62,412 nt of DNA, filler included, from Kipferlia bialata (GCA_003568945.1; 2 parts of 2 records of this genome joined end to end with filler, not necessarily neighbours in it); one strand, 5' to 3'; counted from the whole stretch's first letter, positions 1 to 15,311 are shown. Notes: generated by a model from the sequence alone, not told the origin. Translations and numbers: made by a program.

Positions 1-11
1 GGAATAAGGGT

Positions 12-56
<45 letters not shown>

Positions 57-3000
57 GGTTACACTTACCCAGCGTCACATGGTGTCTCAACCACTGATCC
101 TGGTGTGCAGTAGGTGCCTGGGGGTGAGAATACCTGAGGGATAGGGACGGGTGAAGATATACATAAAGGAGCATGCAGTGGGAAGTGAGAGTATATACGT
201 ACCCTTTCTGCATGTGGAGCAGTCTCCCTCACTGGCAGCACCTGCACTGGAACGGTAGGTGCCTGGGGTGAGACATAGAAGCACTGTTACAAAGAATTAC
301 AATAGCACAAGAGACTGGACCGGTAGGTGCCTGGGGGTTAGAGTGATATATCATCATAGAATACAAATAGATGTTTTCTAAAACGAGTAAGAAATACTGT
401 GAGTGATACTCACCTCCTGGGCATGGGACTGCATCACTGACACATGTATAAAATGTACAATACATATACATTTGATAACCTATGAAGATGTAACTATGCA
501 TATACATTTACACACCTCCTGGGCATGGGACTGCATCACTGACACCCTGCTCACAGTAGTATCCAACGGCACAGAGGCTGGGGGTGAGAGATACATATAC
601 AGAAAACATAAATATACATAAGTACAAACTTGGAAGAGTAGTACAGGATACTGATATATATATACCTTCCATCTAGGTCAGACAGGGCCTCCTCGTCACA
701 CAGATACCCAGCTGGGCAGGGGAGACAGGCATCGCTGGAGGATGCTCCTAGCATTAGATTGAACATTTGTGTAGCACAAAATCTTTCGTGTAGACAATAA
801 AATGAGCACTCACCAGCTGTGGGGTTGTATGTCTGCTCGAAGCATGCCACTGGGTTCTCCTCCAGGGGACAGTAGTAGCCAACTGGGCACTCTGGTGATT
901 AGAGAAAAGGATTGATGGAAAATCAAAATATTGAAAAATGAAGAATACACTAGAGAATGAGAACAAGAGAATGATAACTGACCTGAGATTGATGAGGAGG
1001 TGCAGACAAACCCTGCAGCACAGGGGCCACACTGGTCAGAGGAGGAAGCGCCCTGGGGATAAGTGGTGAAAGAGAGAGAGAGAGACGGATATATATAAAC
1101 AGAGAATGAGGTACACTGGAAAGGTCAGAAGAGAAGAGTAGAATAGGAGAGGGATATTCGGAAATAGATGTCCATAGGTCACAGGAGGATGTGTGCAAAA
1201 GCTAGTAGAAGTAGAACGATAACCGTACCGTGAACGTTGTCCATGTGTCATCGGGACAGGGTGTGTCTGAGGAGGAACCCTCTGGACAGTAGGAGCCAAG
1301 GGGACATACATCACCTAGAGAGTAAGAGGGAATTACATATACATATATCAATTATTGATGTGTAAATGTAATGAACCTGTGTATCCGTCTGTGGGCATTG
1401 ATAGTACTTACCATTATACATTCTAACTCACTACCACACTAAATCTATGTATTAATAATAGTTGATATGGTTGACGTTTACCTGTGTATCCGTCTGTGGG
1501 CATTGACGTGCTGGCCCCTGATCTGCACCAGTACCCACCAGCACAGTCACCCTGCACAACACCACCTGTGCAGTACTTGCCTAGTGGGTTAGAGAGAGGG
1601 AGAGAGAGGGAGAGAGAGAGAGAGAGAGAGACCCTCCACAACACCCCCAGTGCAGTACTTGCCTAGTAGGTTAGCATATACAATATAGTGTAATGTGCAA
1701 TATATACCACACCACTATAGTTACCTGGTGGGCAGTTGGGGCATCCACTGGCAGTGATGACAGATGTCAGAATGCCATAGGTGCCATCTTCACAGGGCGT
1801 GGGGGTGCTAGGGTTAGTAATCAACATACGACTGATTTGGAGGCGAATAAACAAATACATATATGCATACCTGCTGCCAGCTGGGCAGTATGAACCTATG
1901 GGACAGTCGGTGGGTGTCTCTGTACCCACATCACAGTAGTAACCCTCGGGACAGGCGTCACAGTCCTTGAGAGTCAGAATTGATATAGAGATTTACTTGC
2001 AATCATAGAATGCTATAATAATTGATACACATTTATATATACTACACACTCACATCATATGCGTCACCGGGTTGGTATACCTATACATGCGTGTATACCC
2101 CCACACATATATATATATTCATATAGGTATATATATATATGTATACAGATAGATAGATATAGATACACTCACCGCAGATGCGTCACTGGCCTGGTACGTC
2201 CCAGCTGGGCACTCGGTGTAGGTCTCACTGCCAGCCAGACAGTAGGAGCCAGCTGGGCACCTAGGGTGAGGGCGAATCATCGTGTAGGAAACTATATATA
2301 ACTATATTCCTGTACCTGAAAGCTGTGGGAGTGGCAGAGTATATGCTCTCCTCAGCTGGGCAGTAGTACCCCTCTGAACAGAGACCAGTGGCAGAGGTCT
2401 GGGCAGTGCTTTCACAGTAGCTGCCGCCTATCATCAGAACCCTAACAGGACAATATACACATACCACATTGGGGGGGGGGGTGGCGAGAGAGAGAGGTAT
2501 ACCTGGGCAAGGCAGGCAGCTGTCGAGAGATGATCCATACAGGTCAGCGTTGATAGTGCCAGAGGGACAGGGGAGGGGCTCACTGGAACCTGGGAGTCAA
2601 TACTACAAAGAGAAGATAGAGAGAGAGAGAGAATACATACCTGATGGGCAGTAGTGTCCCACGGTGCATGGCAGGTTCTGGTTGGACACATCATCAGGGG
2701 TGTACTCGCTGGTGGTTAGAAAGTATAATCATTCATACATAACGTATAACGCTTTACACCTAGCCCCTGTGCTGAAGTACCACCCTGCCGAGCACATATA
2801 ACTATACATATATATAGAGAGAGAGAGAAAGAGATATATCTATGTATATACCTAGCCCCTCTGCTGCAGTACCACCCAGCTGAGCAAGGTCCAGATGGGG
2901 ATGTTAGCCCAGTCTCGACACAGGCCTTGCCAGCAGTGCAGGAGCTGTTATAAGAGTATATGGGAGTGTATCTATATACCAATAGATTGGAGCACATAAC

Positions 3001-4106
3001 ACAAGAGAAAATGAACTGATTCATCACACACCTACACTGCGTACTGCTGTACAGGCCCGGCAGACTGCTGAATGTACCAATTGGACAGGGGGTGTCAAGG
3101 TAGTTACCAGTGCCAGTGGGACAGTAGTAACCTAGGAGGTTAGGATAGACAGAGAGAGTATTGGTGAAGTAGTAGTGCATACCTGCTGGGCACTGGGTAG
3201 GTGTCTCCACACCCTCTGTTCCACAGTAGTACCCTGCCGTACAATCATTGCATACATAGGACCCCTCAGCACTGTACTCAGCAACAGAGCACAGGGTGGG
3301 GTTGATGGTGCCGGCCTCACAGTAGGAACCACCTATCGGTGAGTTTAGAATGAAGGTACATATAGTATTAGTAAATAATATATATATATAGATATATACA
3401 TACCTGGGCATGGCCCGTAGTATCCATCGACAGTGGTCTCAGGTCTGCTACTGGGGGAGCCTAGGGTGCAGAAGTAGCCTGCCTCGCAGTCGCCCTCGGG
3501 AGCAGTCAGGCCTGGAGGGTAAGTACATATAGAGGTAAATGAATAGATATACATGTACCACTAACTGCGATACCCACCTGTCCTAGAGCAGTACTGCCCT
3601 GCCTCACAGAGGGTGCACTCACCCTCGGCCTGGAGACCAAGGAGGGAACTGTAGGATCCTAAGGTTAAGATGAGTATCTAACAACTACAAGAAGAAACAT
3701 ACCCATAAATAGACGTGAGTGACAGAAGAGAGAGAGAGTACCTGCTGGGCATGGGATGGCCACGGCGGCTCCCTCGGGACAGTATGACCCAGCGGGGCAC
3801 TGCTGGGAAGGTGAGTCAGAGACCAACAAGGATATACCACAAACTTATATATATATGTGTGTGTATTTGCGAATACATACCTCTGTATCAGCCTCTGTGC
3901 TCCCACCCTCACAGATGTACCCAGCGGCACAGAGACCAGTGGCCTCGGAAAGTCCTAATGTCAGTATATATATCAGGATAGAAATCTACACGATTGCAAC
4001 ACACCTGCTGTAGCACAGTATGATCCAGCTGGGCACGTGTCACACTCTGTGACATAGGCTAGACCGGTGGATGTACCAAGGGTGCCTAGAGGTAAGAATT
4101 GTAAGT

Positions 4107-4149
<43 letters not shown>

Positions 4150-5272
4150 AAGGGAGACTCACCGATGGGGCATGGGTTCTCTGTGGACCTGGATGATCCA
4201 GCTGGACAGTAGTAGCCTAGGGGGCACTCGACACTGGAGGACATGCCTATGGTGAGTGAGGTATATAAATTTGTATATATACATATTGTACAGAGAGAGA
4301 GGACGAGAGAATGGTCGAGAGAGAAAGATAAGGTACCTGTCTCATCGCAGTAGTACCCCTCTGGGCATGCAGAACAGGAGGTCTTCTGGGACCTGAGGTG
4401 AGCATACAGAGAACTCTACACGATACTAGGTAGTATTCCTACGCGGTTACCTTGGCTGGTATGTGCCCTCAGCACAGGGCTCGGGCTCTGATGTACCAGC
4501 CTCGCAATAGTGACCGGCAGGGCACACATAACTGAAGGTCAGATATCATAATTCTTTCACTATAGAGAATGGCTCTTGTGTGAAGATACTCATAAGAGCG
4601 CAACCGAGAGGACGAGACTGTTTGTACAAAGCGTACCCATATGCATTGGCCCCATCTACTAGCTGTGGAGTGGCAGAGTACTGAGTACATACAAATTTAT
4701 AAATATACGTACCCGTAAACATTGGCCCCATCCACCAGCTGTGGGGTGGCTGAGGATGAGCCTCCGGTGCAGTAGTAGCCAGCAGCACAGTCGCCTGGGG
4801 TCAGATACACATATTTACAAACACAAGTAAATGAAAATATGAAAATATGAGATACTGTATCGGATTTCCCACATAGAGTGAAGGAGAGAGAGGAATGTGT
4901 GTATGAGTATATTTACCTGCCACTGCCGATAGACCCGACAGGTCACAGTATGACCCAGCTGAGCACTCCACACAGTCAGTAACGGCCATGCCCCCAGTGG
5001 TGGACTTGTAGGTGCCTGGGGTCAGTACATCGCGAGGAGTTAGTACATCGTGTAGAGACACAGTGTATTACAACAACTACCACACTTGCAGTTACCTAAG
5101 AGAATGAAAGATGCAAATGATTACATTGGTATTGGGGAATAGTACCTGATGGGCATGCCGTAGGTACACTGGTGCCGGCTGGACAGTAGTATCCAGCAGG
5201 GCACTCCTAAGTGTGAGATACTGATACCACTGCAAGGTACATGATATATACGTGTATATATGCGTATATGCG

Positions 5273-5305
<33 letters not shown>

Positions 5306-8096
5306 ATTGTACCTGGCCTTCGGTGAAGGCAGCAGTCTCTCCGTTGTAGCAGACGTAACCAGCTGAACAGACAGCAGTGGGAGCCAGAAGTCCTGATAGG
5401 TAAGACTAGCCAAGCATACAATTTGTGAATACCCTACCAAGAGAGAAATTGTATTATACGCACCCTCTGTGGCACAGTATGACCCAGATGTATATACAAC
5501 GTATCAACATATATTGAATACATATATACAGAGAGAGAGAGAGAGAGTCATCGTACCCTCTGTGGCACAGTATGACCCTGCTGTACAGGGTGTACACTGG
5601 GACTCTGAGACAAGGGATGTGGAGGCGCCATAGGTGCCTAAGTATTAGACAAATCATATATGAGAGAGAGAGAGAGAGAGATGGATACTCTGGCACAAGG
5701 GAGGTGGAGGCGCCATAGGTGCCTAAGTATTAGACAAAGAATATATGAGAGAGAGAGAGAGAGAGAGAGATGGAGACTCAGACACAAGGGAGGTGGAGGC
5801 GCCATAGTAACCTATAGGTTAGACAACTAGAGAGACATAAAGGCAGATTGAACACAAAGAGTAACATAGAGTAAGGGGATTGTACACAGTGAATATACCT
5901 GCAGGGCAAGGGTGGTCATGGGCTGTGTCTGACCCAGATGGGCAGTAGTACCCCTGGGGGCATGGGGTGTATGTCTCGGGGGAGAGACCGTCACAGTAGT
6001 AGCCGGCTGGGTGTGAATAGGAAAAGAGAGAGAGAAAGAGAGAGAGAGAATGAGAAGTAGGTCTCAGGGGAGAGCCCTTCAGCATATCCAGCTGTGGTGA
6101 TATACATATACATATATATATATATATATTGAGAGAGAGAGAGATATGTACTCACCTGGACAGTCCTGGCACACGGTTCTGCCCTGGGAGGACGAGAAAT
6201 ATCCTGGGGTGAGAAGTCGCAACACACACGAGAAAAGCCATATACTGTTAGGAGGCAGAGAGTGTAACAGCTGTTTCGTACCTGGCTCACAGATGACTGG
6301 CTCAAAGACACCGGCGGGGCAGTAGTGGCCAACGGTGCAGATGTCGCCTAGAAGTCAGACACGGGAGTCGAGAATAGGGAAGATAGAGAGAGAGATGATA
6401 CCTGTTGTGCCGTCCATGGGTGTACTTGTGGTGGCCCCACTCTCACAGTAGTATCCTGCACTGCAGTCTCCAGAGGGAGCAGTCAACCCGGCGCTGGCAC
6501 AGTAGTGGCTAGCAGTACAGGTCTAGCGTCAGTATATACACATAAACATCAACTATAATATATACAGTATATGTGGTGTCAAACGTACCTGGCAGGAATC
6601 CAGGTCCTCCCCTCCCTCCTCATCGCTGAATGTACCGATGGGACAGAGGGAGTAGGTGGAGGCACCAGCTGGACAGTAGCTACCCGCAGGGCACTTGTAG
6701 GCCTAAAGTCAGAAGAAGTATGTAAACACATCGCGTAGAATGTTATTCGTACCGCAGGGTTCTCCTCGGACTGGCCTGCTGGGCAGTAGAATCCCTTCAT
6801 ACAGGCGCCAGTCACAACAAGCAGTCCCTCAGTGGCACAGTAGGAACCAGCAGGGCAGGCAGTGCACCTGGAATGAACAACACACATATGGAATACACAT
6901 CCAGATGGTAATATGACACTAGGAAACATATGTAGTATACTCTGTGAGTAGGGACAATGGTACCTAGCAGATGACGTGAGCCCAGTGCTGAGGGAGAGTG
7001 TGCCAGCTGGGCAGAGGAACTCAGTGGAAGAGGTGGTACCAGCAGGGCAGTAGCTACCAGCCACACAGGAGACGGGGCTGTCACACCCTGGGATAAGTGA
7101 CGAAAATACAAGAATCATAAACTGGAGAAAAGAATTGGGAAAATGGTTATTGATAATTCAACAATCGTACCCTTCTCGCAGTAGAACCCTTCTGGGCACT
7201 CCTTGCAAGAGGCCTGGCGCTCCTCATCCTGGGAGTAAGGCATGGAAACGAAAGAGACCAATATACTGCGGGAGAGAGAGGGAGAGATAGATGGTACCTG
7301 GTATGTACCGGCTGGGCACTCTGCAGGCTCAGCGGCACCGGCCTCGCAATAGTTACCAACAGGACAGCTGGGGTTAGAGAGATACCCGGAAAATATCAAT
7401 AGTATAGACATATGTGAGAAAACATACCTTGTGTCAGGTGGATCTGATCTGTCAGATCCCTCGGGACAGTAGTAGCCCTCAGCACATAGGCCGCTAGGGG
7501 CTGAAAGTCCTGAAGGGTGAGGGGTACCAGAGTGATATCCAAAGAGTGAAAGAGATGTTACTATCGATACTATGTAATATAACACAGGTATACGCACCTG
7601 TTCCTGAACAGTAACTACCCTCTGTGCAAGTGTTGCACTCGGACAGAAGAGAGGATCTGGGGGTGAATGAAAGACAATGGCTATAGTACAATAGAAAAGA
7701 CTGAAAACAGTACTATGTAATACATGAAATAATCGGATGTACAAGAATGTACCCTGGGGAGCTGTTGAATGTGCCGCTGGGACAGTTAGTCTTGGCAGCG
7801 CTGGCCTCTGGGCAGTATCCACCGGAGGGGCAGGGCTCGCCAGTATCATCGCCTAGTATTAGAACACGTATACACATATACTAGTATAATAGATATAGTA
7901 AAGCAATACCTCCGTCTGGCTGAGCTGTGGATGACCCACTGACACAGATGTATCCAGCACTGCACTTGTCAGTGGCAGTGGACTGGCCTGAAAGTGAGTG
8001 GAACACTAGTAGGATGCGTACACAAGAAGAAACAATGATACTTGCCAGTGGCAGTGGACTGGCCCACAAGTATTTAGATATATTATCAATTGAGAC

Positions 8097-8127
<31 letters not shown>

Positions 8128-11100
8128 ATGGCGTCACTATAATATACCTGTGCTAGGGACGTAGTACCCCCCTGGGGCAGGGATGGGCTGGGATGTACCG
8201 GTGCAGTAGTATCCCACTGGACAGATGTCACCTGGAGATAAGCCATACATGTAAATACACAACCATATAATACTACAATAGACACATATATACGACTGAC
8301 CTCCGTCTCCACCGGTTGGCGTAGCTGTTGTGGATGCTCCATCACAGTAGTAACCAGGGTCGCACTCTCCAGTGTGGGTCAGCTGGGCCTCGGCCTCGCA
8401 GTAGTAGCCCTGATAGTAAGAAAGGATCACTGATCTCCATATCAAACAGGTATTGCAATATATACATATGATAGTAATATACCTTTGGACAGTCGACGCA
8501 ACCAGTGGAGGATGTGAGACCGGTACTGCTGTAGTATGTACCGGCAGGGCATGGGAACTCATCAGCAGCACTGGTACCGGCTGGGAATGAGAGGGTGCAA
8601 CAAGTACATACACTAAAGGAGTACTGGAGGGATGCGGATATACATATATATATACATATGTATACCTGCACAGTAGTGTCCAGCGGCACAGACGTTCCCA
8701 ATGTATGTGGTGGATCCCGCGGGGCAGTAGTAGCCAGGGGGGCAAGTCAGGCACTGCAAATTAGAAACATCACTATATGAAAGACATTTGAGATATAGAA
8801 ATGTATATACGTGTATATACCTCAGCCTGACCGACTGTGGGGTTGTATGACCCTCCGTCACATGCCACCTCCCCGGTACTACCCTCAGGACACTGCATGC
8901 CAACACCACACCTGTCACCTGGAGTGAGATACCAATAAAGGTGCATATATAGCTAGTGAAAGAAGAGGGAGACATGCTTACATAAAGAACTGCTCGGCCT
9001 GGTTGAAAAGGGATATATTAGCATACCTGTTGTTCCATCGGTAGGCGAGCCAGTGGTGGCACCACCCAGACAGTAGTAGCCTCCAGTGCAGTCAGGGCCA
9101 ACGGCAGTCATCCCTGAGGTGTCGCAGTAGTGTCCAGCGTCACAAGAGGTACACTGCGACTCCATCTGGGCACCTGTGGTGGCACGGTAAGTGCCAATAG
9201 GGCAGAGTGTGTGGGTAGCAGAGCCTGCAAGACAGTATGAACCCTTGGGACATACATAGGCAACGGGATCGGCCTGGGACTGTCCAGCTGGACAGTAGTA
9301 ACCAATGGCGCAGTCGCCAGTCACAGCAGAGTTACCGGTACCGCTGCAGTAACTACCTGCAGTACAGGGAGTGCAGTCGTCGACTGACTCGAGGCCAGTA
9401 CTGCTGGAGAATGTACCAGCAGGGCACAGGTACTCCTCACTGCCCTCTGTTCCAGCAGGGCAGTAGCTACCAGCAGGACATATCACAGGGTCCTCGGTAC
9501 CTTCAGTGCAGTAGTACCCAGCGGGACAGGTGTCGCAGTCAGACTGCCCTGCCTCACCCTGGTACTCACCCGCGGGACACTGGCTCTGGTCACTAACACC
9601 AGCCTCACAGTAGTACCCGGCCTCACACTTGTAGGCGGGTGGATTGGCCTGGATCTGACCGGCTGGGCAGTAGTATCCTGCCTGGCAAGCGCCGCTCACA
9701 GTTGAGCGACCAGTACCAGAGCAGTAGTACCCCTCGGTACAGGCCAGACAAACGATATCGGACTCCCCACTGGGGTTGGGGTTGAGGTAACCCTCTCCAC
9801 ATAGTGTGACAGTGTCGGTACCAGTCTCACAGTACCCACCACTTGGGCAGGGCTCGCCGGTCACTCCACCGTCATCGGGTGAATCCGTAGTGGAACCACC
9901 GTAACAGATGTACCCGGCAAGACAATCATCCAGAGTATCTGGGTCATAGAGACCGGTAGTAGGGCAGTACTTGCCAGCAGGGCAAGTGGTAGCAGTGCTA
10001 GCACCAGCAGGACAGTATGAACCTGCAGGACAGATGTTACCACCCTGTGTGTCGTCATCGAGAGGGGTAGACACAGTAGCAGCCAGAGTGCAATAGTATC
10101 CCTGGGTACACACGTCTGTGGGTGTCAAACATGCAGAGCCCTCACAGTATTTGCCAGGGGGACAGTCGATACAGTGCGCCAAGGAGTCATTGCCAGTGGT
10201 AGTGTAGTATGTACCAGCAGGGCAGGCGTTCTCGGTGGCAGTAGAAGACCCCTCGGGACAGTAGTGCCCGGGGTCGCACTTGCTGCCGACGTACGTGGTG
10301 GATCCAGTGACGCAGTAGTACCCAGCTGGACATGTGATACACTCACTCTGACCAGTAGAGGGCTGATACTCACCAGGCACACACTCGACATGGTCTTCAA
10401 ACCCAGCCTCACAGAAGCTACCGGCAGGACACTCGTCTCCAGTGGTACCGTCTGTGGGAGTGCTTGTAGTAGCGCTGCCGAGACAGTAATACCCAGCTGC
10501 ACAGTCGGGTCCAACGGCAGTCATACCGGCAGTGTCACAATAGTGTCCAGCATCGCATGCAGTACACTGGGACTCCATCTGGGCACCTGTGGTGGCACGA
10601 TAGGTACCAATTGGACAGAGAGTAGGAGTATCTGAGCCAGCAAGACAGTAGGACCCAGCAGGGCACTCGTAGGCCACAGGGTCGGCCTGGGATTGCCCGG
10701 CAGGACAGTAGTATCCAGCGGCACAGTCTCCAGAGACAACGGAGGCACCTCCACTGCAGTACTTACCAGCGGTACAGGGAGTGCAATCATCAACTGACTC
10801 AAGACCAGTACTGCTGGAAAAGGTACCAGCAGGGCAAAGATTTTCAGCACTCGACTCAGTACCAGCAGGACAGTAGCTACCCGCAGGGCAGATAACTGGA
10901 TCCTCCACTCCCTCTGTACAGTAGTATCCAGCGGGACAGGTGTCGCAATCAGACTGTCCGGCCTCACCCTGGTAAGTCCCAGCGGGGCACTTGCTCTGCA
11001 CACTTACACCAGCCTCGCAGTAGTACCCAGCATCACACCTGTATGCAGGAGGGTTGGCCTGGATCTGACCGGCTGGGCAGTAGTATCCCGCCTGGCACGC

Positions 11101-14100
11101 GCCACTCACCGAAGAACGTCCAGTACCAGAGCAGTAGAATCCTTCAGTACAGGCCAGACAGACGGCAATGGACTCGCCACTGGGATTGGGGTTGTAGTAA
11201 CCCTCTCCACAAAGCACAACGGTATCAGTGCCAGCCTCACAGTATCCACCACTTGGGCAGGGCTCGCCTGTCACTCCACCATCATCTGGAGAGTCTGTAG
11301 TAGCACCACCATAACAGATGTACCCGGCTAGGCAAGTGTCAAGGGTATCGGGATCATAGAGACCAGTAGTAGGACAGTACTTGCCAGCAGGGCAAGTAGT
11401 AGCAACACTAGCCCCAGCTGGACAATAGGAGCCGGCTGGACAGATGTTTCCACCCTGAGTGTCGTCATCGAGAGGGGTGGCGACAGTAGCAGCAAGTGTA
11501 CAGTAGTAACCCTGATCGCAGTTATCGTTGAGAGACTCACGTCCAGTACCCTCGCAGTACTTGCCAGGGGGACAGTCGATACAGCCGTCTAGTGACTCGT
11601 TGCCGGTGGTGGAGTAGTAGGTACCAGCAGGGCAGGCGTTCTCGGTAGCAGTGGCGGATCCGGCCGGACAGTAGTGACCGGGGTCGCACTTGCTACCGAC
11701 GTAGGTTGTGGAACCTGCCAGGCAGTAGTATCCCTTTGGACACTTGGTGCATGCACTCTGGCCAGTGGCGGACTGGTAGTAGCCAGGTAGGCACGGCACG
11801 TGGTCCTCACACCCAGCCTCGCAGGCACTACCGGCTGGACACTCGTCTCCAGTGACACCATCGGTAGGTGTGCCGGTGGTGGCGCTACCTAGACAGTAGT
11901 AGCCAGCCCCACACTCGGGTCCCACGGCAGTCATACCGGCAGTGTCACAGTAGTGTCCAGCATCGCATGCAGTACACTGCGACTCCATCTGGGCACCTGT
12001 GGTGGCACGGTAGGTACCAATGGGACACAGCGTAGGTGTAGCTGATCCGGCAAGACAGTAGGACCCAGCAGGGCACTCGTAGGCCGCAGGGTCCGCCTCG
12101 GACTGTCCAGCGGGACAGTAGTATCCAGCGGCACAATCGCCTGTCACGGCTGAGTTGCCGGTGCCACTGCAGTAACTGCCAGCGGTACAGGGAGTGCAGC
12201 TGCCTAGCACCTCGAGGCCTGTGGTGCTGGAGAAGGTACCGGCAGGGCACTGGTTCTCAGTGGCACTCTCGGTACCAGCAGGGCAGTAGCTACCAGCAGG
12301 GCATATGACAGGGTCCTCGGTACCCTCGACGCAGTAGTAGCCAGCAGGACACGTGTCGCAGTCAGACTGACCAGTCTCGCTCTGGTACTTGCCAGCCGGG
12401 CACATGCTCTGTACACTCACCCCTGCCTCACAGTAGTAGCCAGCATCACACTCGTATGCTGGTGGGTTGGCCTGGATCTGGCCGGCAGGGCAGTAGTATC
12501 CTGCCTGGCACGCCCCACTCACAGTCGAGCGACCAGTGCCAGAGCAATAGAACCCTTCAGTACAATCAACACAAGAGCCCTCGCCAGTTCCACCTATAAT
12601 GAGAACGCATCTCTGGAGGTCTAAGAGTAAATTAATACAAAACAATACAGGTACATAACACTTACCAGCGTTGGGGTTGAGGGTTCCCTCGGGGCAGAGC
12701 ACGACAGAGTTGGTGCCTGCCTCGCAGTATGCACCGGCAGGACACTGCTGAAGGATAAGAAACGTTATGACAAGTATAAGAGTAGATGGACCACCTCAGA
12801 GACACCAAGTGATAACTAAACGAGTAGATGTTACATCCATACCTCTCCGAGTGACCCATCTGTGGGGTTGGACACTATGGCCCCACCGTAGCAGATGTAC
12901 CCAGCGTCACAGTCAGGTAGGGTGTCGGGATCATACAGACCTGTGGATCCACAGTACTTGCCTTGGGATCAGTGAATACATATACACACATAGAGAGAGG
13001 GGGGGGGGGGAGATCGTGTATGGTAAGTACCTGCTGGGCAGAGGATGTGTGTCTCTGTCCCTGCCGGACAGTATGAACCCTCGGGACAAATTCCACCACC
13101 TGAGTGAGACAAAACATCCAACACAACAATGTGAAGATATACAAACATGCAACACTCACCTGCGGCTTCGTTAGGGGGGTCGGGCCTGGTAGCGCTACCA
13201 CTGCAGTAGTACCCCTGAGTACAGGTACCAGCATAGCTAGTCTGCTGGGTCCCTAGACAGTACTTCCCTAGGGGTAAGACATATAAGCTGAGAATAGAAC
13301 GGAGAGTAAAACAGTATATATACTATAACTCATAAAGAGAGAGAGAGAGAGAGAGGTACCTGCAGGGCATGCCAGACAGTCTTCTTCGGCAGTGAGACCA
13401 GAGGTGCTGGAGTAGGTACCCTCTGGACACTCATACTGGTCACTGGAGACAGTGCCCTCGGGACAGTAGTAGCCTAAGGGGTAAGAAAGAGAAATATATA
13501 TATACACAGAGAGATATATATGCAGAGTATATATGTCCTTATAGTAGTAGTAGCCTAGGTGACAATGATAGTAGGATACCTGGTGGGCATATCTTGTCAC
13601 TGAAGGAGTCTGACCCCTCTGGACAGTAGAACCCGACCACACAGGTCTCGCACCTGTCCTGGCCCTCGGATGCCTAAGAGTCAGATAGATATACTACACG
13701 ATACATCCCACTAGCGTGTAAGACTCCGAGAGCCCTTACCTGGTATGTGCCGGCCAGACACAGCGTGTGTGTCTCTGACCCTGCCTCACACATACTGCCA
13801 GCTGGGCAGATATCACCTGGGGGTAAGGGAAGAGACATTTGTATAAGTTCATCGACTCAACTCCCTGACAGAGAGAGTGTGGGATGGGCAAAATTGGAGA
13901 TAGAATAGAGAACCATACCTGTTACGCCGTCTGTGGGTGTGGATGTGGTGGCACCACCCATGCAGTAGTAGCCTGCAGCACACTCATCACCTGGGTGTTA
14001 TTACAATAGATAATGTGGTATGTATGCAGTACTCAGAAGTAGACTGAGAAGAAGGTGTCAGAGTGTCCAATATAGTGCACTTGTTGGCTTCACCCACCTA

Positions 14101-14331
14101 GTGCGTCCATCCCGGTCTCATCACAGTAGTACTTGGCATCACAGGACTAAGGGGTCAGAAGAGAGTCAAACAAGATAAATAGAGAATATATAATCCGCCA
14201 AACGTGTCAAGACTATGCCCCCCTTCGAGGGTAACACATACATACCTGACACTCTCCCAGTGCAATAGCCCCAGTGGAAGTGAGGTATGTGCCCTGGCGG
14301 TAAGAAGAGAGACCGCAACGCACACAGAGAA

Positions 14332-14374
<43 letters not shown>

Positions 14375-14496
14375 CTGAGGAAGGAAGAGAGAAAGAGGAA
14401 TACCTTAGGACACTGCACATAGCTCTCTGTCCCCGCTGGACAGTAGGACCCAGCCGGACAGATACCACCGACAGAGGAGGTGTTGTCAACATGACC
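1..14496 (-). CDS. Giant multi-exon cysteine-rich repeat protein (GCC2/GCC3, ephrin-receptor-like CPAGYYC repeats); partial at both ends
   Basis: Dozens of short GT-AG exons encoding C-P-x-G-[YHST]-Y-C repeats, plus one 3567-bp exon (9027-12593). The 5' end is lost at the poly-G/N gap and the 3' end runs off the window. Confidence 0.9.
9027..12593 (-). repeat. About 2.5 tandem copies of a ~470-codon super-repeat inside one intronless exon
   Basis: CTEG[FY]YCSGTGRS.VSGACQAGYYCPAGQIQANPPAY recurs at ~12554, ~11141 and ~9731 (periods 1413 and 1410 bp). Confidence 0.9.
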
Positions 14497-14569
14497 TGAG
14501 ATAAGAATCAATTGATAGAAAACTCTCAAGAGAATCAAGAATTTAAAGAATGAAAAATCAAGATCATGA

Positions 14570-14570
14570 T

Positions 14571-14604
<34 letters not shown>

Positions 14605-14814
14605 TCCACGCCCCCNNNNNNNNNNNNNNNNNNNNNNNNNNNNNNNNNNNNNNNNNNNNNNNNNNNNNNNNNNNNNNNNNNNNNNNNNNNNNNNNNNNNN
14701 NNNNNNNNNNNNNNNNNNNNNNNNNNNNNNNNNNNNNNNNNNNNNNNNNNNNNNNNNNNNNNNNNNNNNNNNNNNNNNNNNNNNNNNNNNNNNNNNNNNN
14801 NNNNNNNNNNNNTT

Positions 14815-14853
<39 letters not shown>
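14570..14853. other. Assembly gap (N run) flanked by poly-G and poly-C
   Basis: About 200 N between a G tract and a C tract; the genes on both sides lack 5' ends. Confidence 0.95.
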
Positions 14854-14856
<3 letters not shown>

Positions 14857-14868
14857 CCTTCACCCCAG

Positions 14869-14982
14869 GACACCTCCTTTGTGCTGGCCAAGACCATCTG
14901 CACCTTTGTCCCGGGGACAGCAGTGCTGGTGGTGGGGGGGGAGTCCCTCGAGTTCTACATACCCAACCCCAACCCCAACTAG
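14869..14982 (+). CDS. Terminal exon of an unidentified gene (DTSFVLAKTICTFVPG...PNPN*)
   Basis: tcaccccag acceptor after the poly-C tract, open frame to TAG. Confidence 0.45.
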   Translation, partial: DTSFVLAKTICTFVPGTAVLVVGGESLEFYIPNPNPN

Positions 14983-15311
14983 AGAGAGGGGGTGGGGGAG
15001 AGACCTACACATCTACAATAGGAGTTATGAGGAGCTAGTCAGGAGTGTGCCTACTCTCTGACTGTATAGAGAAGGATGAGATTTGTGCACACACTCAATA
15101 GACTGGTCAATACTGCTTTGAGTATCTAGCTGACCCATAGAGCAGAATCACAGAATCATGGTGTGAATAACAGAAGTTTATTAATAATATTTAATAGTAC
15201 ATAACAGTATATACACACTGATTTGGCTCTCTTCGACTCTAGTCTACACCATTATCAGCTAGATCCTCTGAGCGTCTGGGGTTTGACAGTTGTCAGTCAT
15301 CTCCATCGAGG

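Noticed and set aside
1..14496. Giardia-type VSP identity for the Cys-rich gene
   Set aside because: The repeats are CPAGYYC type, the protein is far larger, and no TM-CRGKA tail is visible.
4067..14499. ORFs with ERERER, SLSLSL or YIYIYI tracts
   Set aside because: Translations of intronic microsatellites.
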